Source: Cetorhinus maximus (Eukaryota). Taken from it: a DNA stretch of 64,000 nucleotides. The stretch is from NCBI RefSeq assembly GCF_964194155.1, contig NC_135898.1:48050001-48114000 (forward strand), in the 5' to 3' direction. This document shows, in pieces, positions 49,075-62,193 of this stretch. Positions within the stretch are counted from its first letter, which is position 1, and every line of letters starts with the position of its first letter. The notes beneath the pieces were generated by a model that did not search any database, was not told the origin of the DNA, and was given only the letters and a program-made list of their open reading frames with translations. Both the position numbers and the translations under genes were made by a program.

Positions 49075-50566
49075 CTGTGTGTGGAAGAGATCATATAATT
49101 ACACCATCAAAGAGTTAAAGGGAAATCTTACACTCAATGTATGGTTACAAACACTATCCATGTCTTCTCATTCAAATAATGTTATTGACACCAATAGTGT
49201 TATTACAGTTACACTAATATCACAGGTCTTGCAAACAGGGCAACATTGAACAGTGCCACCTCATTCTCATTTGACAAGTCACATTCAATTTCTTCTGAAG
49301 CACAGTGAGTATTCTTAGAATCAAAGGAAACCAAAGTACAGAATGCATGATCATTGTATGATGTGCCTGCATGCCACTGTAATGTAAAGGTGCTCAGCAG
49401 AGCAAGGGTTAACGTGGGGCTGGAGAATAGCACCACCCACAGTATTGGGAATAGAGTCACATGGTAATAGACTGAGAGAACGGTCTAGACAGAAAACTCT
49501 GGAACCAGCCTGCATGCAGGTAACAGCACTATGCATGATACTAGCCTGGGATCTGTAAATAGTTGAAGGTTAACAATAAACTGATCATGTTAAAATATAC
49601 AAGTCTCAAGATTTAATCACTGAGACATCTAAAGAACCCATAATACAACACGGTGACAGCAGTGGGATATCACCACTATCAGCATAGTGCACTGCGGTTG
49701 ACAGTGGTGATCGCTTCTACAAGATGTCACATCAGAGATAGTACCATAATCCGACATGGTGATCCAGAGTGATATGAAAGGTGGCAGCTAGATGCATAAC
49801 CCCAAAACAGCATCACAAGGTATGAAAAACTAGAAGCAACTGAAGCCTAACTAGAGAGATGCGTACCTAAGAAGAAAACTTGAAGAAGCTTCACTACATA
49901 CTTGAAAGTGAGGAATCCATCAGAATGAATGGAATCCATTACAGAAAATTGCAAGAGCCTGAGTGACACAGTTCATGAGATGGTGAGTGAAATGACAAAC
50001 AAATGTAGCTGTACTTACGTTTTAGAATAGGTGGCAGTCTCAAGGGCCCAGCATCCAGAGGGCAGCTGGAAGACAGCTGCAGTTAAAAAAAAGTTTAAAA
50101 GACTGGCAGAGTTAAATAGAGAAGCCTGAAGAGCATAGTAAGAAGAAAAGAAAAAGACTGCAGAGTTTAAGAAAAAATGGCTGCTGCTCTGAAGATTTTT
50201 TTACAATGGCAATCAATGCATAAAGAAGTGCTGTCCCTACAAGTTTTCAAAAAGGTGCCCTGATCGGACCTTGAGCCCATCAAAACTCCCAAAGCATTCA
50301 AAAAAAATGGAACTTGCAGAGTTTGAAAAAAAGAAAAGAAATCACTGCAGTGGCTTTAAAAAAAATGAAAAGTTTAAAAGTTTAAATAAAATGAGGTGGC
50401 CAATCACCATTGAGCCTGCCAAAAGTGCAGGAAATTCACTACAAAGAAAGCCGATAGCTGACGACAGCCTGAATGTAAAAAAAAGGTTACTGTACTCACA
50501 GTCGTAAAGAGGCAATGCAATTTAAAGCTGTAACTACAAGAAAACAACCATGGACAGAAAATTGGA

Positions 50567-50870
50567 AGAGACCCCAGAGTGAGGGCAACTCCACTGAGGC
50601 CAGCAAGATACCCCAGAGAGAGGGCAACTCCACTGAGGGCAAAAGGAGACCCCAGAGCGAGAGGACAACTCCACCGAGGGCAACAAGAGACCCCAGAGAG
50701 AGTGCAACAAAAGACCCCAGAGACATGGAAACAAAAGACCTCAGAGAAAGGGTAACAAAAGACCTCAGAGAGAAGGCAACAAAAGGCGCCAGTGTAGGAG
50801 CAACAAAAGACTCGAGAGTGAGGGCAGCAGAAAACCATAGAGGGAGCCAAAAGACCCCAGGGCGAGGGAG
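50567..50870 (+). repeat. Degenerate 21/33-bp tandem repeats inside the LTR element
   Basis: Recurring gaccccagagagagggcaac and caacaaaagaccccagag units. Confidence 0.7.
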
Positions 50871-50874
50871 ATAG

Positions 50875-51920
50875 ATGGCAGTGCAGAGTGAGCAGATGGC
50901 TATGAATGAAGGAAAGCTATCTGAGGTACCTCAAGCAAAACAAAATGTGCACAAGGTGAATGAAGCTGTTCTACAGGAAAATGTTTGCATCAGAGCTGAA
51001 CTGGAAGATTTGAAATGTAAAATTCAAACTCAGTATATACCTTTGAAAACACACAATAAACTGAAGTCTTCAATGAATCAAGCTGTTCGAGATCTGAACA
51101 AACAAATTTTAGAGATGACACAAAGGCAACAGGAGGAGATAACGACCTTCAATTCCACAGTTAGCAAATCAAAGCAGGAATTTAGAAAACTCAACCAAAT
51201 GTACAGCCAGGCAAAACAGCAGGCAGAAAAGGCATGCAAAGAAATTGTAACCCTGAAAGATTCCTTGAATCATATGTGGCCATGGAAAGACATGAGCTAG
51301 AGGGGATGTTGAATATTACTTGAGAAAAAAGTTGTGTTGGAACTATCAGTAGCAATGAAATGATGCACTAAAGCTCAGATTGAGTTGGCAAGAGGTCAAC
51401 AAGAAAATAAACTTTTGAAAGAACAAGTGATTGACCTTCAAGATCAAATGCAAAAGGAATGAATAACTATTCAGCAACATGAAGAAATGAAGACTGCCGT
51501 AAACAGCAGAATGGAAACATGGCAGAAGAAACTTGAAGCGACTCTATTGAATTACAGGAAAGCTCAAGATGAAGCAAATGAGCTTTGCAAAGAAAAGGAA
51601 AACCTGTTGACAGACCTTCACACGCTACAAAAATTCCTTACGTCAAAGTTTATTCTTCTGGAAAATTACAAAGAGAAGGAAAATGAATTTAACATCACTC
51701 TGATCAAACTGAGGATCCAATTGGCAGAGAAGACTCAGCAATGTTCTATATTCCAGGAGGAAGCTGAAAGCTACAAGAAAGAGACTGAAGAGCTGAAGAA
51801 GCAGTTGAATGGAAAAGAGGAGGCATTGAAAGGAAAAGCCATATAACTTTCTAAACTGTGAGAGCACAATGAAACCATGAGTAGCACAATTACAGAACTG
51901 AAACAAGACTTCACCGGAGA
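50875..51920 (+). pseudogene. Decayed coiled-coil coding segment, UACA/RAI14/ANKRD24-like, inside the LTR element
   Basis: QYIPLKTH, YVAMERHE, ITIQQHEEMK and LLNYRKAQDE...LHTLQ...EKENEFNITLIKLRIQLAEKTQQCSIFQEE...ELKKQL are colinear with the recalled UACA coiled-coil. Several stops and frameshifts. Confidence 0.7.
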
Positions 51921-53456
51921 CAGACCTGGCCAACAGTGAAACCAAAATGATAGACAAGGGCAAAGTTCTGTTGCACACAGAGAAAGTAAAGACAGAAATG
52001 AGATCAGAAAATGTAAATACGACAAGGAACTAGAAGAAGAAAAAGCACTAGATGCCTCAGAACCATTGAGCTGAATTAAAAGATTCGTAAGCTGCAAAAC
52101 AATTTGAAAATAAAACAGCAAATAAATGTTTGGCTGAAATTGTGAAACAAGTGGAAATGAAGCTTCCATTTGCAAAACATCCATGTCAAGCATGAATATG
52201 GCAGACATCATGGAAAAAGAAAATTCGACTCAACTCTAGGAACAAACGGAATGCACATTCCCCTCAGAAGGAACGGGACAAACCCACAGTGTCCAAAAAA
52301 AGGAGACAGCTTGTTAATAAAGAGAAACGCAACTTGAAGGAGCGTAAAAAGCAAATCAAATGGGGATGACCAAGTACCAGAAACACAAAATACCACTACC
52401 ATTCCTTCAAATGTGACAGACTGAGATGTGGAAGAACTGTCAAGACTCAAGACCATCAGATTTACAAAGTCAGAGACTTGAGATGGGGGAGCAGCGATAG
52501 CAAGTAAAGATTGCATTAAAAATTTACTCTGTTGGAAAGGAAAGTTTTCTTTGGAGAAGGGGGGAATTTTGTATGATGTGCCTGCATGTCACTGTAATGT
52601 AAAGTTGCTCAACAGAGCAAGGGTTAACATGGGACTGGAGAATAGAACCTCCCCCCATGGTATGATGTATAGAATCACATGGTAATAGACTGAGAGAACA
52701 GTCTAGAAAGAACACTCTGGAACCAGACTGCAAGGAGGTAACAGCACTATGCATGACAGGAACTATTTACAGATCCCCGGTTAAAGGTTAACCAGAACGG
52801 GTTCACGTTTAAATATACAAGTTTCAAAGTCTCATAATTGAGACATCTAAAGAACCCATAATACAACAATTCTCATTTTTATCAGGCCACACTTACGTTC
52901 CAGTAAGAATTTTTTGGGCTGGAGTAAACTGACTGAAAATCATTTTGGTTGTGCTGACTTAAGCTGTTATGATGGAGCTGATACCCCATATAAATACATG
53001 GCCAGGACTTAAATTTGTGTTGGTTCTACCAATTTTCTCCTCTTCCTTTTACCTCTGCTGATTGCTCACTCAACAAGAAGAGTATCAATGTCAAACCTGA
53101 TCCTGCCCCCACCCAGTGTGCAAACGGACACATTAGTAGCAAAGGCAAACAATGCTTCGCGAGCACAGTAATTGTACTATCTGAGCTGGAAGCTTGGAAA
53201 AATCAGCAGAAAGATGATAATTTCTTTGGACCTGCTGACAACCTAAGAATGACTTTCAAAACTTTTGTTATGTTCCTAGTACACAACTAAATTCTAAAGT
53301 ATAATGTATTTATGCTTTTTGACTTCTAAGCTCACTAAGAAATCCACCACAAAAACCATTCGTCATTAAATTAAACAAGTGTTTTGATAGAAATCTTAGA
53401 TGTCTAAACACTTTAAATGTGACAGGAATTAGGTCAGTTGAATGAATAGCAGACAC

Positions 53457-53585
53457 CTTTAATATCTTTGTGTAATTGATGATAACGATCAACCCTGGAA
53501 TGGCGAAGCTCAGCAGGCCATAGGACACATCCCAGATGATCTCTTGCACAGTACTTGGCCACTCCAGTGTGCAAATCTGACACTC
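53457..53585 (-). CDS. FFAR4: FFAR4 coding exon 2 (ECL2 and TM5)
   Basis: aacag|ECQICTLEWPSTVQEIIWDVSYGLLSFAIPGLIVIINYTKILK|gtgtct. 129 bp, phase 0. Confidence 0.95.
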
Positions 53586-55457
53586 CTGTTTAAACATCAA
53601 AAACAATGCTTTACTTGCAAAGTGGATTTATTCCACTAACCGATGAACCTTAAGATAGACAATGATGAAAAATATTTACATTGAGACTACTATTGGTGCC
53701 GTGCAGCTATAAGCAGGCAAACTCACCTCAGCCTGCATAAGTTAATAATGACTACACTTAATGCAGGGAAGTGAGAAGAATATATTCAATACCAGTAGAT
53801 CACCCATGGTATTACTGATGGATAATCCCAAGACCTGATCTCCAATTTCTGATACTTATTACAGTCTAAACTTGACAGTGGTCTGGTTTCACTGTAATGA
53901 AGTCAATTTATTGAAGCAATTCATCACATGATGAATGGAAAATATGAAATGTTACCAATACCAAAATACACACTCACTGATATGATGCCTATAGCACTTT
54001 TTATTTAATACTTTATAAAATGTATTTAAAAGCAAGCTACATTTCTGTTCTTCCCTCACCAATATTATTTTGTTATTTACATTGTAAAATATATTTCTGC
54101 CGTATCTCCTACAGTGGATTTGAAGTATTTACTGAAAAGTTAAATACCTTTATTTAATTCCTTATTATTTCCTCCTTACTCACCATAAAATTTTCTCAAT
54201 TATTTACATGATTTATAAAAGTTATTGTTTCTCCCACTTCTTTGGGTGGGGTTGCAGTTCTTACTGAAACACCCTGCTGGAGCACTGAATCAAGGAGGTT
54301 TTTCCAGTAACCAGTACTTTAACTCAGTTCACTAACTGCGTGCAGCCTGAATTTAGCACTGAACAGCAATAAATAACTCCCTGTGTTACCACTGCAAATA
54401 TCAGTCCTTTTCAATGACAAGAGAAACCTCAACCAATGGCAACCACTTAAAGATCGCCACGAAAATTGTTTGAGCAATTTGGTTGGTAGGTTTTGTGGTA
54501 CTTAGCACTTGTGAGTGGCAACAGTTGAAAATAAAACAATTTGCTGGCTTTTAGTTTTTCTTACTTGTCCAATGAATGGAACTCAGTTTTTTAGTCTCTT
54601 CACGTTTAGCCAATGAGAGATTTGAGCCAATTAATATAGCTAACATAATCGACAAAGACTATTTGAGCTGATTTTTAGCCTTCAGACATTTTGAGCTATT
54701 CCTTATAAAGCACAAAGAAATATAAGTGAATAGCACATGTAAATTGAAGAGAGACAATTGAATTCATTGTTGAGTTAGGTTGATATTCATCAAACCACTG
54801 TTACTAATTAACCTGTGGGTACTGTTTTGTCATTAGTACCTGGGTAACAGAAGTGCCAGCTAGCAGCAATGATATGTCTTATCAGCTGCACATCAGTCTG
54901 TGTTCTGGCAGAGGTTGGTGTGTATTTAAACACAGGCCTAAAGCTCAAGTCATCAACATCCAAATGCCAGTGACACTTTTAATGTTCCTGGAGAAGTTAC
55001 AGTCCTGTCAGGTCTTTAACATTAAACATGTAAAAACAGCCAAACTACCCACCTAGCATCTTATTGTGGTTCACTTTTATAGTTTAAAAACATGGCTTTA
55101 CACTGGCTGCAATCATGCTGCCAAATTTGAAAGCAGTTTCAATTGTAACATGAACAAAGCTATATTGTTGTTTCTGAATCGATGCAATTTTTACATGTCA
55201 AATCAATGCACAAGCTTCAGAGTTTTATTTTACAATTCAGTGAAACACCTCAGGTTGAATGTGTCTATGAATACTAGTTGTTGTATAACTGTCCTGTTAA
55301 ATCATCTTACAAATAAATATGTTACTGTGTCACTATAGCCAACATGAATGGGGGACAACCAATTGATCCCCAATTAATTCTGGATGGGCTCCTTCATATC
55401 ATAGGCAACAGCATAAGTCTTAGGCCTGAAAAGGGTTAGTCGGGTACTCAGAAACAA

Positions 55458-58400
55458 TGGGCTGAATTTTACAGAGTGAAAGTGGGGCTGCTGTGGTCCA
55501 TTGAAGCAGAATATCCTGTGTGTTGCACCACACTGGCCTGCAATAACACGATGGGTGTGCAGGCTCTGAAATCAGCAGCCCACCCACCATTTTGAAATTG
55601 ATTATTAAAGGCCATTTAAAGCAGTTAGCAGTCTAATTGACAGTAATAATACCTTCCCAAAACGATAATAAGGTGGGTGCTCATGAAGCACACCCAGTGG
55701 GAAGCTCGGTTTTTTCCATGTTCTACTGAAAGGACGGATTTCAAGGCTGGAGGTGGGTCCATGCCTGACTTTTTAAAAATTTATTCTTTGATGGGATGTG
55801 GGCGTCGATGGCAAGGACAACATTTGTTGTCCACCCATAATTGCCCTTGAGCTGAGTGGCTTGCTGGGGCCATTTCAGAGGGCAGTCAAGAGTCAACCAC
55901 ATTGTTGTGGGTCTGGAGTTAGATGCAGGCCAAACCAGGTAAGGAGGGCAGATTTCCTTCCCTAAAGGACATTAGCAGGAGAAGCTGCTGACAGTTATTT
56001 CGTTAGGAAATCTTCATAAACCTCTAAATATAATTGGAGCTATCCCTCAGTGGAGTGTCCAGAAATGTGTTGATCCTATCATTTTTCATCACTGCAACTC
56101 TTGTGCTGAAGAACGGTGTCCACTATGGGATCTTTGGGAGATACACCTTCCAGTGAGGAGGAGGAGGAGATGGAGGTGGCCTACTGTCCAGGGATAGGAA
56201 CAACATGATTTGGAGGAAGGTGGCCAAGCTGCTGAGAGTGAGAAGCTGTGGAAGGGAGACAACAGCAAGCACTGGGAGTCACCTGCCAGTCATGTTTACA
56301 GAGTGCAAGTGTCATATTTGCAGCTTACAGTGTCAACACAAGCCACTGTAATATCCCTATGTGATATGCTTGCCCCTGAGATAGCCTCCAATTGTGTGGG
56401 TGACCACCCGATGCCTGGGCATTAAAAGTCACAGTGGTGCTGAATATTTCCACCTCTGGATCACTTCAGGCTGCCTGTGGAGACCTGAGTGGGATCACCC
56501 AGCCTGCAGCTCATCACTGCACAAAGCTTTTCACAGATGCCATGTTTCACCATTTCTTCCATTACGGACAACAATTGTCAACTGGAAAGAGACTGAGGCT
56601 TTGTGGCCATGGCTAAATTCCCAAGGGTGCAAAGAGTCATTGATTGCACCCAGGCAGCAATCGAGGCACCAGCAGCGCAGCCAGGGGCATATAAAAACCA
56701 CTAGGGGTACCACTGCATCAATGTATAGATAGTGTGTGACCACCAACAACAAATCATGCAGCTTTGTGCAAGGTACCCAGGGAGCAGCCACTGCTCATAT
56801 ATCCTCAGGCACTCCCAGGTGCCAGGGATGCTCACAGGCCTCAATGTATTGGATGGATAGCTGCTTGATGTTAAAGGTTATCCCCTCAAGAAGTGGCTGA
56901 TGACTCCTGAGGTTCAGATGCCTCGACAGATCAGATGGATCGCTCCAATATGCACCAGCCAGGGTCTCTGTCATGGTCTGCTGTGTGCTACACGACCTGG
57001 CCATTCAGAGAAGGGAACCCCTTTCAGAGGATGAGTCAAGGGAGATGGCCCATTCCTCTGATGAGGACTCAGAGGAAGAGGAGGCTAAGCCACAGCAGGC
57101 AGATATTCAAGCCTCTCCCAGGGAAGATCTTGATGGCTTTGAGACACAGATAGCTCTCATCATGAGATGATTCCAATAGATGAGTCCCACAGCTTTAACA
57201 GAATCATGGCCAGTGGTTACTTCTCTGTGCTCCTCTATTACATGAAGTGCGATCCCTCATATGGGCAACGTCAACCAGCCAAATAAGGTCAAATGCCAGG
57301 ACACACAGAATCACATAATCAAATAAGACAACCAATTGATTCCTTCTCCATACGTACAAACACATATTTTATAAATGAATGCAGCCAGGTAAAATGTGAA
57401 TAACACCAATCATTTGTATACACAGAAAGGCAGAAAAATGTGCACATTTCACAAATGATGCAGACACTCATGCACCCATTGTGACTAATGTGGGTTTTTT
57501 TGAATCTTTTCCAGATATTGTGGCATGGCACTCCCCCCCTGGCCACCTGCTGTGTTTGAGACAGGTTGCTGACCATTACGTCCCCTTGTCTGAGTTAATT
57601 TTGGTGGCCGTTCTCTGGTCATGAGGACGTGAGGGCCCAGCATGGTGGGAATCTCCTGCAAAGTGGAGCATGCCCATCTGTCAATGTGGCACTCGATGGT
57701 ATCTGTGCTAATGACAGAAGTGCGGAGGAAAGGCTGTCCCCATCAGAAGCACCCTAAGAGGTGCCCCCACAATGGCATCAGCTGCTGCTCACCCTCCGGC
57801 ATGAGGTCTGTTTGGTCCCACCACCCCACTTTCCAGAGCGGGGCTGGAGCTGGATGTGTCTCCAGGCTCCTTATCCCCTTCTCATCCTGGCTCTTGGCCC
57901 CTGAGCTGAGGGACAAAGGCGATGGAGTGTAGGCCAGAATGCATTCCCACTATTGCTTCAGTGAGCTGCTGGGTTTGGCCCTCCATGACAGATGCCAGGC
58001 TGCCCATGGAGGAAGTCATGTGTTCTGTCGAGTTGGTAATTGCAGTGCTCATAGTCTGCAAGGACTCCTCCAACGTCCATGCCAGTGCACACAACCCCTC
58101 TGGTATCTCTGTCACATCTTCATGAACTTCACGCTGGACAACCAGCATCTGCCACCTAACCAACGACTCCAGAGGCTCATCATCAGACTGGGACGCAGCT
58201 TCTTGGTTGCATCCACCACTCCACCGACTGCCAGAGGCCTTCTCCATCTCAGTCTCCAGCAGCGGCACATGTGAATGTGATGCGCTTTCACCAGTTTGTT
58301 ATCCGTTACTGCCGACGATGCATACCCCCCACCCCCCGAGGTGCCTGTATCTGCACTGGTGCTGGGTGCAGAACAAGGGTGTGACACTGCACCCTGAGGC

Positions 58401-59470
58401 TCCCTCCTTTACCTCAGAAGTTAATGCGGGACTCTGAGGGCTAGCAGCAGCTGCTGTGATGTTGCACCTGTGTAGAAAACAAAAGTAAGCAGTGTTAGCG
58501 GCATTTTCAATCTTCAAGGTGAGTGCACTATGCTCAACCTTCCTCATTAAAACCTCTGGAACCATTGTGAGATGTGACTCGGTGTTTGGACATTGCATCT
58601 TTGAAAGTTCATTCACACCTTCTTCTTCAATGCATGAAAGTTTTCAAAGTCACCAACCATCAATGATTCATTCCTGTCAACTTTTCAATCCTCATGCACC
58701 CTCCCCTCCCTAATCCTCTTAACACGTTTGTTGGTATTATAAAAATGTTCCCTTGCAATCTCACCACCCTAGGGCCTTCCCCCTATCTCGCCCTGATCAA
58801 TGGCCCGATTCCAGTCATAGTCAGCCACTTGCAGCTCCTCCTCCTCAATGGGAGTAAATATGGCTAGGTTTGGCATACTGCCTCCGGTTCTGTTTCTTTC
58901 CTTGGCATTTGTGCGCCCTCTTCTCCTGCAATTAAAAAGGGACATTGTGATGATGATGATTCTGTGCTCCAAACATTCCCTCACATCTCCAGCCAATATC
59001 AACTCTATCAGCAGCACACTTTTCTCAATGTCCTCTGCAAACTAACTGGTGTGGTAATTCCCCACCACCACCACCACCCCTTCATAGCGCCCGTTGCCAT
59101 GCAGCGTGGCATGTGTGCATCCTGCAGCCTTACACACTTGGGTAACACGCCAAGACAATCCCACAATGGAGCCAGCACATGTATTTCCATCTCTAGAATG
59201 GTGGCACACTCACACGGACATTGTGCATTTCCAGCACTGAAGCCAGGATGGAACCTGGCCTCAAGGCTGCTCACCCCCCCGCTGCGACTTCCATCCAGCC
59301 TGTTTTGGTCAAGCATCAGCAGGAACGAGGACTTCCCACTGATCACTCACAGCCTGGAGGAGGACTCACAGGGAGTCATCATCGAACCTTGGGGGCATCC
59401 TTGATCTTTTTTGTCCTCCCCAGCTCCTGGCTCCATACTCTCAGCCATCTGTGGAGAGAGACAGAGAGTT
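55458..59470. mobile_element. Decayed PIF/Harbinger DNA transposon (transposase plus convergent Myb/SANT gene)
   Basis: Left end gggctgaattttac. Plus-strand HARBI1-like remnants at about 56300-57170 (TSGSLQAACGDLSGITQ, GYHCINV, KGYPL, VCCVLHDLA followed by an acidic tail). Minus-strand Myb-like remnants (PRFDDDSL..LL near 59390, KERNRTGG near 58890, coiled coil 57882-58268). Right TIR not located. Confidence 0.75.
55781..55976 (-). mobile_element. SINE made of the head and tail of the 16045-18830 LINE family
   Basis: Minus strand ctaatgtcctttagggaaggaaatctg...gcaagccactcagct joined directly to caagggcaatta...cgcccacatccc...aataaa. Confidence 0.75.
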
Positions 59471-60767
59471 AACAACCTGATATTCAATATCTCCATAAAT
59501 ACTTGCTATTCATCAGGGGAATAGCTCAGCTACATTCTAATGTTACTTTTTCTCTGGCAAAGCTGCTGAATGCTTCCCAGCTATAAGAACAGTCATACAT
59601 ATTTATAAATAATCACTTACCTTCTGCAATTGTTTAAATAAATTCAAATTCACCAACACAACATTCTGCATTGCAAAACCTGTTTCCTGGTTCACCTGAC
59701 ACAGCCCTGTGCTGGGGTTCCTTTAAGTGAGTGGCAGTGACCTCCTCCTGAGTCACAACCTGCCGCCTCTGTACCTGGACTTCATTGTCAATTGGGCACG
59801 CTGCCCGCCAACTCATGAAGCTGTTGGCGAGATCCATTTGTCCTGTCCCCATTGATAAAGTTGCTTCATGTGAAGGGTTGTACCATCATATGTACTACCC
59901 AGAGCAGAATTAACTCTCAGAAAGCTGCAGAGGCAAGAGACAAGACTTTGCACATTGTCAACAAGATGCAATTTAGTAACTGGGCTTTAATTTCTATCCA
60001 TGCATGTATTTACATATTTTAGCACTTTCACCACAAGAAAACATTTCAAAATAATCTGCATTTAATGTTTAATAAAATGTGAGATTTTGTGACTTTTTAG
60101 TGGGAATAAAACCATGGATGATTAAAAAGACCTTTTGGATTATGCATGTCAAAAATACTTGTAGGGAAATGAATGCGTCTGAGTTAATGAGTCATTGAAT
60201 TCAAGTATGTCAAACAATTCACAAATTGAGTTGTTATGAAATAGACCATGTCACTGAGGTGATAAAGACTATGGCCCCTCCATTTTTCTCACTCCCCTCT
60301 CTATGGGGAACAGTGGAAATGGTTGTTTCTACAAAAGGGATTGGGGGTGTGTGCAATGTGCCTCAGTCATGTCCACCTTCCTCTTCCAGAAGTTGATGCC
60401 TATAAATTAAAACAGAATGTTGGAAGAAAACATCAACTCACTTAGCACAGGGAGAGAAAACAGGCTCATATTTTGGATTTTTCATGCTAATTTGATTTTT
60501 CCCTTTTTAAATCTGGATAGACTTTAATGTATTTCTAGAGTTTTCAGTGTTTATTACAGATTTGCAGCATTTGGATTATTGTAGCCCTCCACTAAAACCA
60601 ATGATTTTCCATTCTCACAGAAAAATGGACAAATTCTTATTCAACCCCCAAAACACCACTAACAATTCTGGGACCCAATACAATAAAAACTTGAATTTGA
60701 CTTAGTCCAACACAGTAATCCAGTTGTCCTGGCAACAGCCACTGGTTTGGATCCCTGCTACAGACAT

Positions 60768-61270
60768 ATGAACATAAGAGCTAGGAGGAGGAGTAGGTCA
60801 CTCGGCCCTTTGAGCCTGCTGCGCTGTTCAAAAAGATCATGGATGATCTGACTGTAACCTCCTGCCTACCCCTAGTAACCTTTCATCCCCTTGTTTATCA
60901 AGAATCTATCTATCTCTGCTTTGAAAACATTCAAAGACTCTGCTTCCACTGCCCTTTGAGGAAGAGAGTTTCAAAGACTCTACCCTCTGAGAGAAAACAT
61001 TTCACCTCATCTCTGTCCTAAATGAGGGACCCCTTATTTTTAAAGTTACCCCTAGTTCTAGATTCTCCCACAAATGGAAATACCCTCTCCACATCCACCC
61101 AGTCAAGACCCCTCAGGATCTCATATCTTTCAATCAGGTTGCCTCTTACCCTTCTAAACTCCAGCGGATACAAGCCTAGCCTGTCCAACCTTTCCTCATA
61201 AGACAACCACCCATTCGAGGTATTAGTTTATCAATCCTTTTCTGAATGGCTTCTAATGCATTTACATTAA
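60768..61270 (-). mobile_element. CR1 3' fragment
   Basis: ORF 61018-61206 SYEERLDRLGLYPLEFRRVRG and a ttatgttc-type tail. Confidence 0.85.
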
Positions 61271-61653
61271 ATAAGACACAGATAAGAACAAAGTTAGCCG
61301 AGCACTTCTGCTTCAGAGGTCATCAGTTCCCGTCACCAACAACCTAAAAGCAATAAAATGTTTGGGATTGTGGAATTCACCAATATATACAGAGTTTTTA
61401 ATGTAGAAAATTAGCCCAAAGCACTGCACAGAGGCTTAATCAAAATCTGTAGTTTACTTCAAGAAATTAAAGAGTTTCGAAGTGACCAGAGAATGGACAG
61501 GTCAGGATTGGTCCGCTTGTTTATCTTCAACAACAGTAAATGTTTCTGCGTTGATGTGGAAGTTTTCTGAAAACGAGGCAGGAAAAAAAAATGGCTTAAA
61601 TCTACAGGTTAAATTTTGCTTCGTGTTTGACAGATTCGTTAGATTGGTCTTAC

Positions 61654-62193
61654 CTCGTCTTTAACATCAATGGTGATCACCTTAAAATACATGCAGAGGG
61701 GCAGAGATGTGAAGGCGGAGAACAGCCAAATGGTCAACACAACTGCTATCACCAACTTGCAATGCAGCGCAGCTCTTAGGCGCATTTGGAGAATGGAGAT
61801 AGACCGCTCGATGCTAATGACAGCTAAAGTGATAATGGTCACACTGCCACTCATGCTCATAACATAGACAAGAGCGTGACACGCAAAGGATCCAAGAGTC
61901 CATGATTCAGTCCAGCGAATGGTGATAATGACTGGAATGACCCCCACGAACACAATGTCTGCCAAGAAGAGATTCAGCACAAAGCACTGAAAATTGACGA
62001 GTTTCTTGCCCTTGAGAATGAGCGCGATCATGCATGCATTGGTCAGCAAGGAGATCAGGAAAACCAACACAAGGACGGCTGTCTCGATGCTGGCAGTGAG
62101 CATTTGGTCGGAGGACCTGAATTGAGAAAAGTACGTGAAAACGGACCCGTTCACCGCTTCGCTTCTGGGTGCATCAAAGAAACGAAATCCCAT
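61654..62193 (-). CDS. FFAR4: FFAR4 coding exon 1 (N-terminus to TM4)
   Basis: Kozak AAGATGG. FTYFSQF...IETAVLVLVFLISLLTN...VLNLFLADIVF...IRWTESWTLG..ACH..YVMSMSGSVTIITLAVISIER, with the fatty-acid-binding Arg in RWTE retained. Donor GAG|gtaaga, 540 bp. Confidence 0.96.

Larger units (their letters stand above)
49355..52868 (+). mobile_element. Non-autonomous LTR retroelement (LTRs 49355-49650 and 52570-52868)
   Basis: Two direct repeats of about 300 bp, TGTATGATG...ATACAACA. PBS cggtgacagcagtgggat (49651-49668, tRNA-Leu-like) and PPT ggagaaggggggaa (52553-52566). No RT, RNase H or integrase recognisable; TSD not evident. Confidence 0.88.

Noticed and set aside
49351-52874. Target-site duplication of the LTR element
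   Set aside because: The flanks tcat and attc do not match, so no TSD is claimed.
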